DNA from: Octopus sinensis
Taxonomy: Eukaryota
Direction of reading: 5' to 3'
NCBI RefSeq assembly: GCF_006345805.1
Contig: NC_042999.1
Coordinates: 27,590,001 to 27,654,000 of the forward strand
DNA: 64,000 nt
This document shows, piece after piece, positions 12,651 to 26,760 of this stretch. The notes under the pieces are model-generated. The model saw only the letters and a program-made list of their open reading frames with translations, did no database searches and was not told the DNA's origin. The stretch's first letter is position 1, and the number at the start of each line of letters is the position of its first letter. Made by a program: the position numbers and the translations under genes.

Positions 12651-13689
12651 ATGTTATATTTCCTAATACTACCCATGATGGCAAAGTAAGCTTCCAAATT
12701 TACTTGTCGTATGATGGTAACAATTATTTAGAAAGACAAAGGAGAGAAAGGAGATGAAAAAGAAAAGAAAGGAAAGGGAACAAAGTGTGTGAGGGTAAAG
12801 AAGCGTGTCCCAGAACATTGACTTAACTTGTTGGTATGTATTTATCCCGGTCGCTGCTATTTGTGCGTGTGTATGTAAGAGTGCACAAACACACACACAC
12901 ACACATATTTTTTATCGTTTACTTGTTTCAGTCATTAGATTGCGGCCATGCTGGGGCACCGCCTTGAAGCGTTTAGCCAAGCAAAATCGGACAGAGAACT
13001 TACTTTTGGTAAAGCCTGGAAGTTATTCTATCGGCCTCTTTTTTTTTTTTTTTTTGCCGAACCAAAAATGACCGCGATGGCGTTGTCGTGGAATGCGAGA
13101 TTTACGGTGCGTGGAGTGTAACAGATACTCACACAGACACAAATACACGCACGCGCACTCCCACACACACATACACACATGCAGAATAATAGGAATAAAA
13201 TAAGAAAACATAAAAGCAAAGGCATTAAAAAAATATGAAAAACAAATACATCAACAAATAAGAGAAAACAACAACAAAAATAGTTATGTCGACTGTCATC
13301 GGAGCTGCGTACGTTGGCCATTTAGGTCAATTTGTAAAGAAGTTACAGTCAATGGTATGCAAATAATTTGCAGGCATGACGCTTAGATACGCCAACACAC
13401 ATACGCCTGCGCGCTTAAACTTACACTCATAAACACAAACATACGATGGCTCAGTGTTTAGGGAAGCGGACTCGCGGTCGTAAGATCGTGGTTTCGATTC
13501 TCGGACCGGGCGTTGTGAGTGTTTATTGAGCGAAAACACCTAGAAGCTCCACGAGGCTCCGGCAGGGGTTGGTGATCCCAGCTGTTCTCTTTCACCACTA
13601 ATGGCGGTGCCCCAGCATGGCCACAGCTTGTGAGCTGAAACTAGATAAAATGATAAAAAATGATAAAATGATACCGGTGTGATATGGAC

Positions 13690-14225
13690 TCTTGTGTATA
13701 TGAATAGGGGCAGGCGTAATCGTGGGGTATGAAGTTGGCTTCCCAACCACATTGTTCCGGGTTTAACCCCACTGTGTACCACTTTGGGTAAGGTTCTTCT
13801 ACAATAGGCCGGGGCTGACCAATGCCTTGTGAGCCGGTGGGTTTGATTGACGGAAACTGAAAGGTGCGTGTCGTGCATGTGTCCATGTGTGCGTGCGTGG
13901 GTATGTGCTTGTGTGTGTGTGTGTGTGTATGTATATACGTATGTATGTATGTATGTATGTATGTATGTATGTATGTATGTATGTATGTATGTACGTATGT
14001 ATGTATGTATGTACGCATGCAAGTATCTGTGTGTGTGTGTGTGTGTGCGTGCGTGCCTGTGTTTATGGCTGTCGTCGTAATCTATCGGTTCGGTAAATAT
14101 CCATCGATAGAATAAGTTCTAGGCTTTACCAAAAATAAGTACTCGGTTCGATTTGTTCGACTAAACCCTTCAAGGTGGTGCCCCAGCATGGCGGCAATCT
14201 AATGACAGAAACAAGAAAAAGATTT
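13690..14225 (+). mobile_element. Diverged SINE family B with expanded (TATG)n spacer
   Basis: Head and tail recognisable around the microsatellite. Confidence 0.7.
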
Positions 14226-14514
14226 AAAAAATATAGAAATATATTTATACACACATGCACACATAAATAATAGTGAATGCATGCCAACGAGTCAAGTTAT
14301 TAGTTAGTTAGTTAGTTAATTAACTACATCAGTAACATTGTAACACTAATTTCCATTTAAAGAAAAAACAAACAATACTTGGTCTTTGTGTCGTTTTGTA
14401 TCGGCTGTGAACAATGGTCTTGTGAATATATTGGTTTTGTCGGGACTGCTACTTCAAATGTATATCAACATTACGATTTAAATAAACCTTGAGCGTCTCT
14501 TCTCGCGCATGTAA

Positions 14515-14560
<46 letters not shown>

Positions 14561-14637
14561 GTGTAAGTGTATGAGTGTTTGTGTGCATGTGTGAGAGAAA
14601 GAGAGGAGAAGAAAAGAGAGAGACGGTTACATATATA

Positions 14638-15034
14638 TCTTTATATATAAAAGTAAGGTTGTGTGCTGTCTGTCTCCTACGATTAGATTCCTAACTACTC
14701 CCACATTTTGCGGTGCAGTTTAACCAAAACCGGATATCTTATAGTCGTGATTCATATCGAGCCCTTCTGGGTATTAGCACGCGTCTACGATGAGTCTACG
14801 ATTTAAAAAGAAATTTGCCGTCAATTTTTCCCATTTTTAATCCATTTTTGGCATATATAAGGGAAGTAACTCTCTAAAAAATTTTATTAAATCTCAAAAC
14901 GTAAAAAGCTACAGTAACACCCCCCTCCCTTTGTGGTTAGCCATATTGAGATGGCTATTATATTTTACATATCCAAAAATGCTTATATAGTTATTTCCCT
15001 TACAAACCCGAGCAACGCCGGGCGATACTGCTAG
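14638..15034 (+). mobile_element. Non-autonomous Helitron H1
   Basis: TC...CTAG ends, A|T target. Confidence 0.85.
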
Positions 15035-15691
15035 TACTATATATTTGTGAAAAGGGCGGACGTTGTCTCACAAGCAGTTGTGCAAGCAAAACAGTTGCTA
15101 AATGTGGTCAGATTGACCTGAAAATTTGCATACCTATGTTAAAAATGCTTGGAAGTTTGCATGGCAACTTTGAGTTTGCTCAATTGAAAGGCGTGGCCTC
15201 AGGGCAAAAATTCCTCATCTTTAAAATGTGGCCTGAGTAGTCCCGAATGAAATCGGGTTATAATACTTGTACATATATATACCTTGAGAGGACCTCTCAT
15301 ATGGACTTGTGGTTGAAAAATGGCGATATAAATTAATGTTTCGACCAGGAAACCCTGAGCAGCAATATTTAATAAGACTTCTGATTTTTATTATAATATT
15401 ATATATATAAACTAGACTTACTACCCAGCGTTGCCTGGTAAAGTATTCACGGAATTGTTTGCCATTTTGTATATATATTTAACCTAACTTCTGGGACTTA
15501 TTTAATTGGAACTATCCAAATAATAGTAATCAATTTACATGAGTAGGAGCCTTTTTTAAACAATTTTTATCTTGAAAATCACCTGTTACTTTTGTCATAA
15601 AGTGAAAGAGAGGAGAAAGCGGAAGATGGACGTGTGAGAGAGAGAGAAAGAGAGAAAGAGAGAGCCACTTACACATACATGAGGACACACA

Positions 15692-15758
<67 letters not shown>

Positions 15759-15835
15759 AGATTCAAAAAAGATGTACGCATACGTATTGATGTATGTACG
15801 TATACATGACAACACAACCCCTTCACTCACTCCCT

Positions 15836-15877
<42 letters not shown>

Positions 15878-16014
15878 ACACACACACACGTCCATTTCAT
15901 ATACATGTTCATACATCTTTCACTTTCTCCTCTCTTTCACTTTAAAACAAAAATAAATAAATAAATTTTTTTTTACCGAAATTAACGAACTCCGGATGAT
16001 GAAATCACTCCTTT

Positions 16015-16226
16015 ACTTGTTTCAGTCATTTGACTGCGGCCATGCTGGAGCAACGCCTTTTAGTCGAGCAACTCGACACCGGGACTTATTCTTTTTGTAA
16101 GCCCAGTACTTATTCTATCGGTCTCTTTTTGCCGAATCGCTAAGTGACGGGGACGTAAACACACCAGCATCGGTTGTCAAGCAATGCGATGGGAACAAAC
16201 ACAGACACACAAACACAGACACACAA

Positions 16227-16257
<31 letters not shown>

Positions 16258-16428
16258 CATATATACGACAGGCTTCTTTCAGTTTCCGTCTACCAAATCC
16301 ACTCACAAGGCATTGGTCGGCCCGGGGCTATAGCAGAAGACACTTGCCCAAGATGCCACACAGTGGGACTGAACCCAGAACCATGTGGTTGGTTAGCAAG
16401 CTACTTACCACACAGCCACTCCTGCGCC
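16015..16428 (-). mobile_element. SINE family B, full length
   Basis: Reverse complement of the family B consensus seen elsewhere in the window. Confidence 0.88.
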
Positions 16429-17449
16429 TATTCAGTTAAAAATATTTCTGAATGATTAAAATATTATGAACGTCAAGAAGTCGACGGCTTTTTTTTTTCT
16501 TAGAGAGCGCGAGGACTATGTGTGCGTATATGTCATAGATAGCGGACGTGTGTTTGTGTCGATTGACACATCATAACATTCATTATACGTGTGTGTATTC
16601 TGTATGTGTAAGTGTGTTGACCTCACGGAAGCCGATTGAATTGAGCCTCGGGCATTGTTCAAGGTGTTGGAGCGACATACGTCATCCTCATTAGCCTGTT
16701 GTAGCCCTTCTTTCCTGCTACAGCTTCGTAGACTGCGCTGCAGTTGTCCATGTCACGTCTTACAGCTTTTGTAATGTTCGCAGAGTATCCATAATGTACC
16801 TCACCTCCGCCTTAAGCCTCCCATTAACTAGTACCTTATTTTCAACCTGTCATACATCACTCCCCTGGACTTCACTCCCTATTACGTTTTTGCTGTAGTT
16901 GTCGACTTGCAGTTTATCGTGAAGGACATCAAACACGCCAATTCTCAATAATCTTGGAAGTTTTGTAAGTTCCAGGTAAGAATTCCGTCTTTTATAGCCA
17001 TAACAGATAAACAATATGTTTGCGTTGTCACACTGTACACCATCTCATTAATCGCTGTGTGTCAGAAAAACATGGTATAACCCGAAGATTGATCTGCGTC
17101 GCGTCTCGTCGTTCGGCCTACTCCCTGTGTGCACTAAATTTCTTCGATCGACTGACCGAGAGACAAAAAAACAACAACAACAACAATGATAACACAATAA
17201 GAGCTGAGCAAAAGGAGGAACCGCATAGCCTAACTAGCTAGAGATAAAAGCCAAAATTACCTCGAACAAGACTATTCTGCTGTCTTAAATAGAATACATA
17301 TGGTACAATGTATTCTTGAAGCACCATATCTACAGAAGAGATTGTCACAACTGGGATGCCTTTTGTTCATAGGTCTGCGTGATTCGGAGACCGAAAGAAA
17401 CTTTGTGCCCCTTTATAAAATTCCTCTCAGAAAGCCTATGTATAATGTA

Positions 17450-19112
17450 TTGGGTCATCCCATAAATAACGCGGGTTTTTTTTTTCTCAGTTGCATGACC
17501 TAAAATTCGGAGTGGACGGGATAAACTTCCTACATCAATTTGCTATAAAAGCAGGAAGTAATTTTACCTTGTTCTTATTCTTAATGCAAGTTTTGAAGAG
17601 TGGAATTCGACTTTAACTGTTATTTTTCAAAGCTATAATGGAAGTGACAAATGAGCATATTCGGTATATTTTGCTTTAAGAGTTCAATAAAGGCAACAAC
17701 ACAACGGAAAGAGCGAGGACTATTATTGCAGTATATGGGTATCAGACAACTAGCGTGAGCCAGTGTCAACGGTGGTTCTAGAAATTTCGAACCGGAAACT
17801 ACAGCCTAGAAGACGAGCCTCATCTTGGAAGATCTGTAGAGCTCGACGAGGACATCCTGCAAACCCTGGTGGAACAAATTCCCATCGTAACTGTTGAGGA
17901 ACTAGCAGAGAAGCTTGGATTTGGTCATTCAACCATTCATCGATACCTGCGTGCCATTGGAAAAGTGAGTAAATTGGGTCAATGGGTTCCTCACAAACTT
18001 TCTGAGTTTAATCGCGCGCAGAGAGTGAATGTGTGCTCTTCTTTGCTGTCACGCCACATGAATGAAACTTTTTGGGACCAAATAGTGACTGGGGACGAGA
18101 AATGGGTTCTCTATAAAAATGACATGCGCCGAAGACAGTGGGTAGGGAAAGGAGAATCACCGGCACCCCAAGTTAAAGAAGGTCTTCATCCATGTAAAGT
18201 GCTGTTATCTGTTTGGTGGGATAAGAAAGGTTTAGTCCACTTTGAACTTTTAAACCCAAACCAAACGTTAACAAAGGAGATCTACCTCGAGCAGCTTAAG
18301 TCAGCGCTTGAAGAAAAATAGCCATCTTTGGTTTCAAGACGAAAAGTGTTCTTCCATCAGGATAATGCTCAGCCATGTACAGCAAGGATAACATTCGAAA
18401 GGCTGGAGTAATTTGGATGGGAAACGATGCCCCACCCACCATATTCGCCGGACATTGCCCTATCTGATTATCATTTATTCCGCTGCTTTCAAAATAGTTT
18501 GGACAGAAAAAAATATGAATTCTGTAACAAAGTCAAAACAGTACTTGGGGAATATTTTTCGGGCCTTGCAAGTCTACCAGATAGATGGAAGAGCATTGTA
18601 GAAAATAAAGGAGAGTATACTTTAGATTAAAAAAAAGAAAACTTTGTTTATCTTAATTCTGAAAAATAAAAGAAGTATAAAGATCCGCATTGGGGAAGCA
18701 CTCCGTCGGTTACGACGATGAGGGTTCCGGTTGATCCGAATCAACGGAACAGCCTGCTCGTGAAATTAACGTGTAAGTGGCTGAGCACTCCACACACACG
18801 TGCACCCTTAACGTAGTTCTCGCGGATATTCAGCGTGACACAGAGAGTGACAAGGCCGGCCCCTTGAAATACAGGTACAACAGAAACAGGAAGTAAGAGT
18901 GAGAGAAAGTTGTGGTGAAAGAGTACAGCAGGGATCACCACCACCACCCCTGCCGGAGCATCGTGGAGCTTTTAGGTGTTTTCGCTCAATAAACACTCAC
19001 AACGCCCGGTCTGGGAATCGAAACCGCGATCCGATGACCGCGAGTCCGCTGCCCTAACCACTGGGCCATTGCGCCTCCACCAAAGATCCGCATTATTTAT
19101 GTGATGACTCAA
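17450..19112 (+). mobile_element. Full-length but inactive mariner (D,D34D) transposon; right TIR interrupted by a SINE
   Basis: TA-flanked TIRs TTGGGTCATCCCATAAATAACGCGG / CCGCATTATTTATGTGATGACTCAA. Motifs WVPHKL, IVTGDEKW, HQDNA, YSPDIALSDYHLF are present with stops and frameshifts. Confidence 0.92.
18692..19081 (-). mobile_element. SINE family C, full length
   Basis: tRNA-like head. 13-bp TSD AAAGATCCGCATT at 18679-91 and 19082-94. Confidence 0.92.
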
Positions 19113-19714
19113 TACATATGTCGGTGCGTAGATTGTTGTACATATATTTATAAAATTCCAAAAGCTTAACTTACCATTCGCTAAATCTCCGTGCAGTAAT
19201 GTATTACATAAATCCTGCTGTTCACCTGACATGTTTCCCGAACACTTGCTAATTGCCAAATATCAATAAATGAAAGGTAGAACAAAGGCAATTACCAAAT
19301 TCAGTAACAGAGCGTTAATTATATTTAGAATAGCTATCAGATTAAATTTCTGTATTTCAAAGTTCACAATTCAATACAGAAATAATGAATTCTAATGCGT
19401 TCTTCTCGATAATCAGAGCTGAAACGTACTCACTACCTGCTGACTTTCTGATATAGCTTATCGTTCGATAGACTTTATATATTGTTAAGATATGTGCGTG
19501 ATTGAGAAATGGTGTGATTGTATACGCACGGTTGTACGCTTCAAATGTAAAGTAGATCACTGTATATAATTTAAACTAATATCAGTTTCATAAATTGATA
19601 TCTACTAAAAAAAAACGATTGTTACGTGGTCAGGTGACTTGTTAAAAATAACAACCTAGTCTCTTTCCTGTCACACACTCTTTTGACTTAAAAAGGAAAT
19701 GATATATTGAATAA

Positions 19715-20110
19715 CTAGCAGTATTGCCCGGCGTTGCTCGGGTTTGTAACGGAAATAATTATATAAGCATTTTTAGAGAGTTATAGCCAAAAGACAGCAA
19801 AAAAATGCATTAAAAATGGAAAAAAAATGATGGTAATTTTTTTTTTAAATCGTTGACTCATCGTAGACATTTTTAGAGAGTTACTTCCCTTATATAATAG
19901 CGAAAAAATACATTAAAATGGAAAAAATGATGGTAATTATTTTTTAAATCGTAGACTCATCGTAGACGCTCGCTAATACCCATAAGGGCTCGATATGAAT
20001 CACGACTATAAGATACCCGGTTTTGGTTAAACTGCACCGCAAAATGTGGGAGTAGTTAGGAATCTAAATCGTAGGAGACAGACACACAACTTGACTTTTA
20101 TATATAAAGA
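19715..20110 (-). mobile_element. Non-autonomous Helitron H1
   Basis: TC/CTAG ends, AT target. Confidence 0.85.
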
Positions 20111-20409
20111 TGTACACCTAAATCCACTATTTCTGGTAATTAGAAGAGATGGCCATTGGTAGGATGACTTTGATAAGAGTTCTGCTGAATTGGGATTGAA
20201 CTGGAGTTGTTTCTTTATGCAGAAGTATTGGCGGAGGCATAGCTTTGTGGTGGAGTTCGAGTCACAGTGGAGTCCGATTCACATTGGACTTCGATTCACA
20301 GCTGAAGGATCTCTGCAATAAGTGTGTAAATCTGAGAAGGGAACATGTTGAATAAAATCATAATTTCTTCTACCCAAAGCCAGCAACTTTTCAGCACCCT
20401 CTCGTCGGT

Positions 20410-20995
20410 ATATTTGTATGTATGTATGTATGTATGTATGTATGTATGTATGTATGTATGTATGTTGTATGTATGTATGTATGTATGTATGTATGTATGT
20501 ATGTATGTATGTATGTATGTATGTATGTATGTACGTACGTATGTATGTATGCATGTTTGTATGTATGTATGTACGTATGTATGTATGTATGTATGTACGT
20601 ATGTATGTATGTTTGTATGTATGTATGTATGTGTTTGTATGTTTGTATGTATGTATGTATGTATGTATGTGTATGTATGTATGTATGTATGTATGTATGT
20701 ATGTTTGTATGTATGTATGTATGTATGTTTGTATGTGTTTGTATGTATGTATGTATGTATGTATGTATGTTTGTATGTATGTATGTATGTACGTATGTAT
20801 GTAAGTATGTTTGTATGTATGTATGTATGTAGGTATGTTTGTATGTATGTATGTACGTACGTATGTCTGTATGTATGTATGTACGTATGTACGTATGATG
20901 TATGTATGTATGTATGTATGTATGTATGTATGTATGTGTGAATATGTGTATGCGTGTATGTATGTATGTGTATGTGTGAATGTGTGTATGTGTGT
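20410..20995. repeat. ~580-bp (TATG)n microsatellite with TTTG/TACG variants
   Basis: Directly visible. Confidence 0.95.
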
Positions 20996-21599
20996 GTACA
21001 GAAAAAAGGAAGTGAGAGAAAGCGAGAGTGAGAGAGAGAATATGTGTGTCTGCTTGTGCGCACGTGCACATAAAACTGCTGTGCCACTTTAATTACTCTT
21101 CTGTCACTTTAATTTCTTCTCCCCGCACCAAGGTCACTGGTCTCTTTTTACTCGATTTTACTAAATAATACAAGTTTTTACTGATGCAGAGCAACACCAA
21201 TCTCTCTGGAGACTGACCATATGTGTATTTACATGTATTGTATCTCCAAACAATATTCAGTTTCTAAGCACATCGCCTATGTTGTAGAGCTGAAAAAGAA
21301 GTAATTTCTACTCTTCTCCTCTGGAAGCCATCTACTCGCAATACTAGAGGGCGCACACTCTCCTACCCTGATGTAATCTCCAGGGATACAGGCATCCAGC
21401 AACAGGACCTCCGTAATGGCATGATGGACCGTGAAGTCTGGCGTAGCATGGTAAATTCCATTATCTCGACCACGGTCGAACAATGATAATGATGATGATG
21501 CAATTTACGAATCAGGACGCTAAAACTATAAAAACCACGAGAAGGTGGATGCAAAAAGTGGAAGGTGAAAAAAGAAAACGGAAAGACAAAAGAAAAAGG

Positions 21600-22730
21600 A
21601 AAATTATGGTCATGTCCCGTTTGACCGTAAGGCTAGTTGTTGTAGAATGATTCAACAGAGAGGGGGCCCAAAGTGTGTGATACAGCAGCTCAATCCGGAG
21701 ATTTGTTCATATGTTTGCATTTGCTGAAAATTTCTTATCTGGAATTCAAGTGCTGTGCAGTTCTTATATCTAAACGGGATATGCAATCTTTCAGCTACGC
21801 ACAAGTTGCCTTTTTTAAATCCATTTACATATAGCATGAATTTTTCTACGATTTTCCACTTGATTGTATGTGGCGTGGAGTTGGTCTTCAAACCTCATAC
21901 GTAGCTGGCTAACTTAAACGGCTTTACTTTGTCTTTGTACCAGAAAGAAGATAGGTGGTTAGCATAGCGTCTTTTGAAGTCGCCTTCGTATAACCTCATA
22001 TACGACGGAATTTTCGACGTACGCCTGGTCAAGTGGGCGATATTCAGCTCCTCGACAGTTACAATTGGGAATGGAATACTGGTGATGTTTATACGAGATG
22101 ATGTTCTTCATAGTGAGGCAGCAACTATGTGATATTTTAATTGAGCGTTTGTTAAAGATATTCCTGTATTAGTGATTTTCTGGAAAATGCTTATCTAAAA
22201 GAAACAGGTATTTCTTACCTACCTTAGCTTTAACATTTATGGGGTAGGGGACCGAATTATTTTTATGTATATTTATGCATATTTTTATGATACATATTTT
22301 TACTAGAATTGTTGTAATATGTTATCTTTCACGCCACTGTTAGCTAGGGGTATTGTTATAGTAGGAAGCTGCCTCATCAAAGCTTTCTTTAGAAGAAAAG
22401 CGATGGGATATCCTATTACTAATGTTAGCTATCAGATTTTCAAACACTATCGGGGCTGACATGACTGTTTGTGTATGAAGAAGAGTGTCTCTTTTGGTTT
22501 ATGGTACAGTTTATAAAAGTGGGAACTTAGATCTAGGGAATCATCTAAAAAATCGACTTTTGACAGATTAATAGCAACATTAATTTTGAGGCCTAATTGA
22601 CTAAAGGTCTCAATGTATTTTTTCCTAAATCTAATATGTGTGACTATTAGAGCCATGAGATATTTCCAACCCATCATCTAGGAATTCACTGCTCCCGCAA
22701 ATAATCGGATATTAACGAATTTTAACTAAG
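21600..22730 (-). mobile_element. Degenerate Penelope-like element (RT thumb and GIY-YIG region)
   Basis: LGLKINVAINLSKVDFLDDSLDL..YKLYHKP; EGDFKRRYANHLSSF; IKWKIV..GNLCVAERL. Confidence 0.75.
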
Positions 22731-23340
22731 CCTACCGGCTACACACACTCTCTCACGTGCTCACACACACTCACACACACAAACACACATGCACACATAC
22801 ATGCACACAAGCTCTCTCTCTCTCTCTCACACACACACATATGAATATGTGTATACGTTTGTGTGCATGTGTACATATATATATGCATATATATTACGTA
22901 TGTACGAACGTATCTATATGTATGCGAGCCTGTGTTTGTATGTGTCTCTGTGGGTGTAAATCTATGTTGTTACGGTTCGATGTCTCTTTAAATATCGTAA
23001 CTTTAAGGCTCGGTGAAAAGACATCGATAAATTAGTCCTGGGATCTATTTGAACGGTTAAACCTGCGGAAACAAACTCCAATACATGTGCACTCTATTAA
23101 GCGAAACTAGGCATAGAATAATATTATAGATTTCTGTGGGGGTGGTGAGAGAGAGGGAGTGCATTCTGTGTATAGGTACTAGTATTTGTTTCTTGTCGAG
23201 TTATAATAAAAACCTTACATTAAACAAGAATTTCGACCTTCTACGCCTTCACTGGACTGTAGTACATTTGAGTTCAGCTTGGCTTTGCGTAGACTCTGGT
23301 AAATTTGGTCTTTTTTTTCTAGAGTAAGTGAAGCAATGTA

Positions 23341-23906
23341 TTGGTTTGTCCGGAATGTTCGTGCCAATTTTTAAAGAAAAGAAAAAGGTCAATAAATACT
23401 TGCCATTACATTTTTAATCAACAAAATATGAACCATTTTGTTGCACAATGTGTCTCCATCTTTCCTTTAACTTGAAAATACCCTCTTCCCAGAATTGAAG
23501 TGATTTCATGGCAAAGAATTCATCAAGGTATCTTTTTACGTCATCCAAGGAATTGAAATTTTTACCATTAAGACTATTCTGCAGAGACCTGAATAAATGG
23601 AAATCCGCAGGAGCAATATCTGGTGAATATGGAGGGTCGGGTAACACATCCCAGCCGAGCTACAGCAATTTTTGTCTGATTCCCAAAGCATCAAGTGCCG
23701 AAAATGAACTTTCTTATCTTCCATTTTAAAGTGTTACAGAATTAACCCAGCTTATAGGAACATAAATCTTCTTCCACGAAAAGATAGCTTAAACTGTGCT
23801 CTAAATAGAGGTGTAGCCAAATCCTATTTTATGGACACAACCATGTTCTAATATAAGTCGGAAGGTAAGCTACTATAAATCGGCACGAACTTTCCAGACA
23901 ACCCAA
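23341..23906 (-). mobile_element. Internally deleted mariner with both TIRs
   Basis: TA-flanked TIRs TTGGTTTGTCCGGAATGTTCGTGCC / GGCACGAACTTTCCAGACAACCCAA. The N-terminus is joined directly to PPYSPDIAPADFHLFRSL. Confidence 0.85.
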
Positions 23907-24830
23907 TAGAATGATAATTATGTCGAAGAGTGAGTTCTGATATTGTAGATTTCATTGTCTAAAGTTGAAGTTGGCTATAGTCCAGATTTCAGTCAAGAGT
24001 GTAAAATTTTGTAATAAGGTGTATATGCTTCAGGTATTAGTGCTGTTTTAGTTATTCTTTTTTCCTTTCTTTTTTTTAGACTTCACAAAACAATTTAAAT
24101 CGATGACAAGATTAGATGGCTAGCTGATGTCTAAATAGGGTTTGATTGATATTAATTTATGTTGAACACTAGATAATTTAAGCTCTTTGTCTTAGAAGTT
24201 GCTATTGTTTACTATTTAGAGTTCTCTCAAGCATGTAAAATTTTGTAATCGGGTGTGCTTGTTTAGGTGTGTCAGATTTAGGTCAAGTGTTCTTTGTATA
24301 GAAAATTGGTTATTTTGTGTTTTAGGGTTAACAAAGTGTTAGCTGAAAGATCAGTTGTTTAACAACTTTTTAACGTAATAAAATTACTTGATTTCGATTT
24401 ACAAAATTCAGCCTTTGTGTTTCGGGACAGTAAAACTTGTGAACTATGCTTATGTAGATACTTCTTCTATTCAGTTTCGGGTTTGTTTATTTGTAATGAC
24501 ATTTATTTTGGACCTATGCATATACGCAAATGTGTGACATTATAAAAGTTCATGTATATACTTATATACAAACTAATACACCAACTAGCATACACACACA
24601 AACGCATAGACACACACACACACACAAACGCATATACACACACCACACACCACACACATTCATACACTATCTCACACACACGTCTGGGTCTGCATTTAAT
24701 GAAATCAAATCTGTACTTACAAATGGTGACAATGGACATTTGACGTCATAGAGCAAAATGGATTTAATTTTTGAAATCCGCACCCGAAAATTACTTGGAA
24801 ACATGTCTCCAGCACCGAACAACGAACCCC

Positions 24831-24870
<40 letters not shown>

Positions 24871-24874
<4 letters not shown>

Positions 24875-26170
24875 TCATCATCATCATCGTCGTTTAACGT
24901 CCGTTCTCCATGCTAGCATGGGTTGGACGGTTCGACCGGGGTTCTGGGAAGCCAGAAGGCTGCACCAGGCTCCAGTCTAATCTGGCAATGTTTCTACAGC
25001 TGGATGCCCTTCCTAACGCCAACCACTCCGTGAGTGTAGTGGGTGCTTTTTACGTACCACCAGGCCAGGGATCTTGGCTGGTTCAATTCGGTTTCGATTT
25101 CGATTTCGCTTGCCCCAACATGTCTTCGCAAGCATGGGGGGTTGGCATGGGTGTCTGTCGTCGGATGAGGTTCTATATCGACTTCGCTTGCCTCAACCGG
25201 TCTTTGTGTCCAAGGGAGGAAAGGCATTCATAAGTGGGCTCGGCTCACTTGTCCTGCCTGGTCTTCTCACGTACAGAATATTTCCAAAGGTCTCGGTCTC
25301 TGGTCATTTCCTCAGTGAGGCCTAAAGTTCGAAGGTCGTGCTTCACCACCTCGTCCCAGGTTTTCTGGGTCTACCTCTTCCACGGGTTCCCTCAACTGCT
25401 AGGGATTGGCACTTTCTCACACACCTATCTTCATCCATTCTCGCCATATGACCATACCAGCGCAATCGTCTCTCTTGCACACCACAACTGATGCTTCTTA
25501 GGTACAACATTTCTCTCAAGGTGCTAACGCTCTGTCGAGTATGTACACTGACATTACACATCCATCGGAGCATACTGGCTTCATTCCTCACGAGCTTACG
25601 CATGTCCTCAGCAGTCACGGCCCATGTTTCGCTGCCATGTAGCATGGCTGTTCGTACACACGCATCATACAGTCTGCCTTTTACTCTGAGCGAGAGGCCT
25701 TTAGTCACCAGCAGAGGTAAGAGCTCCCTAAACTTTGCCCAGGCTATTCTTATTCTAGCAGTTACACTTTCAGCGCACCCACCCCCACTACTGACTTGGT
25801 CACCTAGATAACGGAAGCTATCAACTACTTCTAGTTTTTCCCCCTGGAAAGTGACGGAAGTTGTTTTCTGCAGATTTTCGGAGGTTAATGCTCCCGAGCA
25901 TCTGCCACATACAAAAACTATCTTCCCAGTTAGCCTACCTTTGACATTGCTGCACCTCTTATGTGTCCATAGCTTACACTGGGTACATCTTATAGAGTTT
26001 CTACCTACACCTTTTCTACAGATCGAGCAGGGCCATCTTCCTGAAGATATTGTGGATTGTCTACCATTCTACTTATTAGTACTTTGGTTTTAGCTAGGTT
26101 GACTCTAAGGCCCCTTGATTCTAAACCCTCCTTCCACACCTGGAACTTCTCCTCCAGTTCTGATAGTGAC
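24871..26170 (-). mobile_element. 5'-truncated RTE-clade LINE (RT C-terminal half, 3' UTR, (GAT)n tail)
   Basis: [10 protein letters not shown]; KGRLYDACVRTAMLHGSETW..RRLRWYGH..RGRGRPRK. Microsatellite tail. Confidence 0.9.
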
Positions 26171-26174
26171 TCAT

Positions 26175-26258
26175 GTATGTATGTATATATATATATATAT
26201 GTATATGTATGTAGTATGTATGTATATATATATATATATGTATATGTATGTATGTATG

Positions 26259-26303
<45 letters not shown>

Positions 26304-26360
26304 AATATATATATATATATGTATATGTATGTATATATATATATATATGTATATACATAC

Positions 26361-26410
<50 letters not shown>

Positions 26411-26536
26411 ATGTATATATATATGTATATGTATGTATATATATGTAATATATGTATATATATGTATGTATATATATATATATGTATATGTATGTATATA
26501 TATATATATATGTATGTATATATATATATGTATATG

Positions 26537-26584
<48 letters not shown>

Positions 26585-26638
26585 TGTATCTATCTATATA
26601 TATATATATGTATGTATGTATATATATATATATTATAT

Positions 26639-26736
<98 letters not shown>

Positions 26737-26760
26737 TATGTGTATGTGAGTGTATACTGC
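26175..26760. repeat. ~590-bp compound (TA)n/(TATG)n microsatellite
   Basis: Directly visible. Confidence 0.95.

Noticed and set aside
23920-24500. Possible further Penelope RT remnant on the minus strand
   Set aside because: Too degenerate to support with clear motifs.
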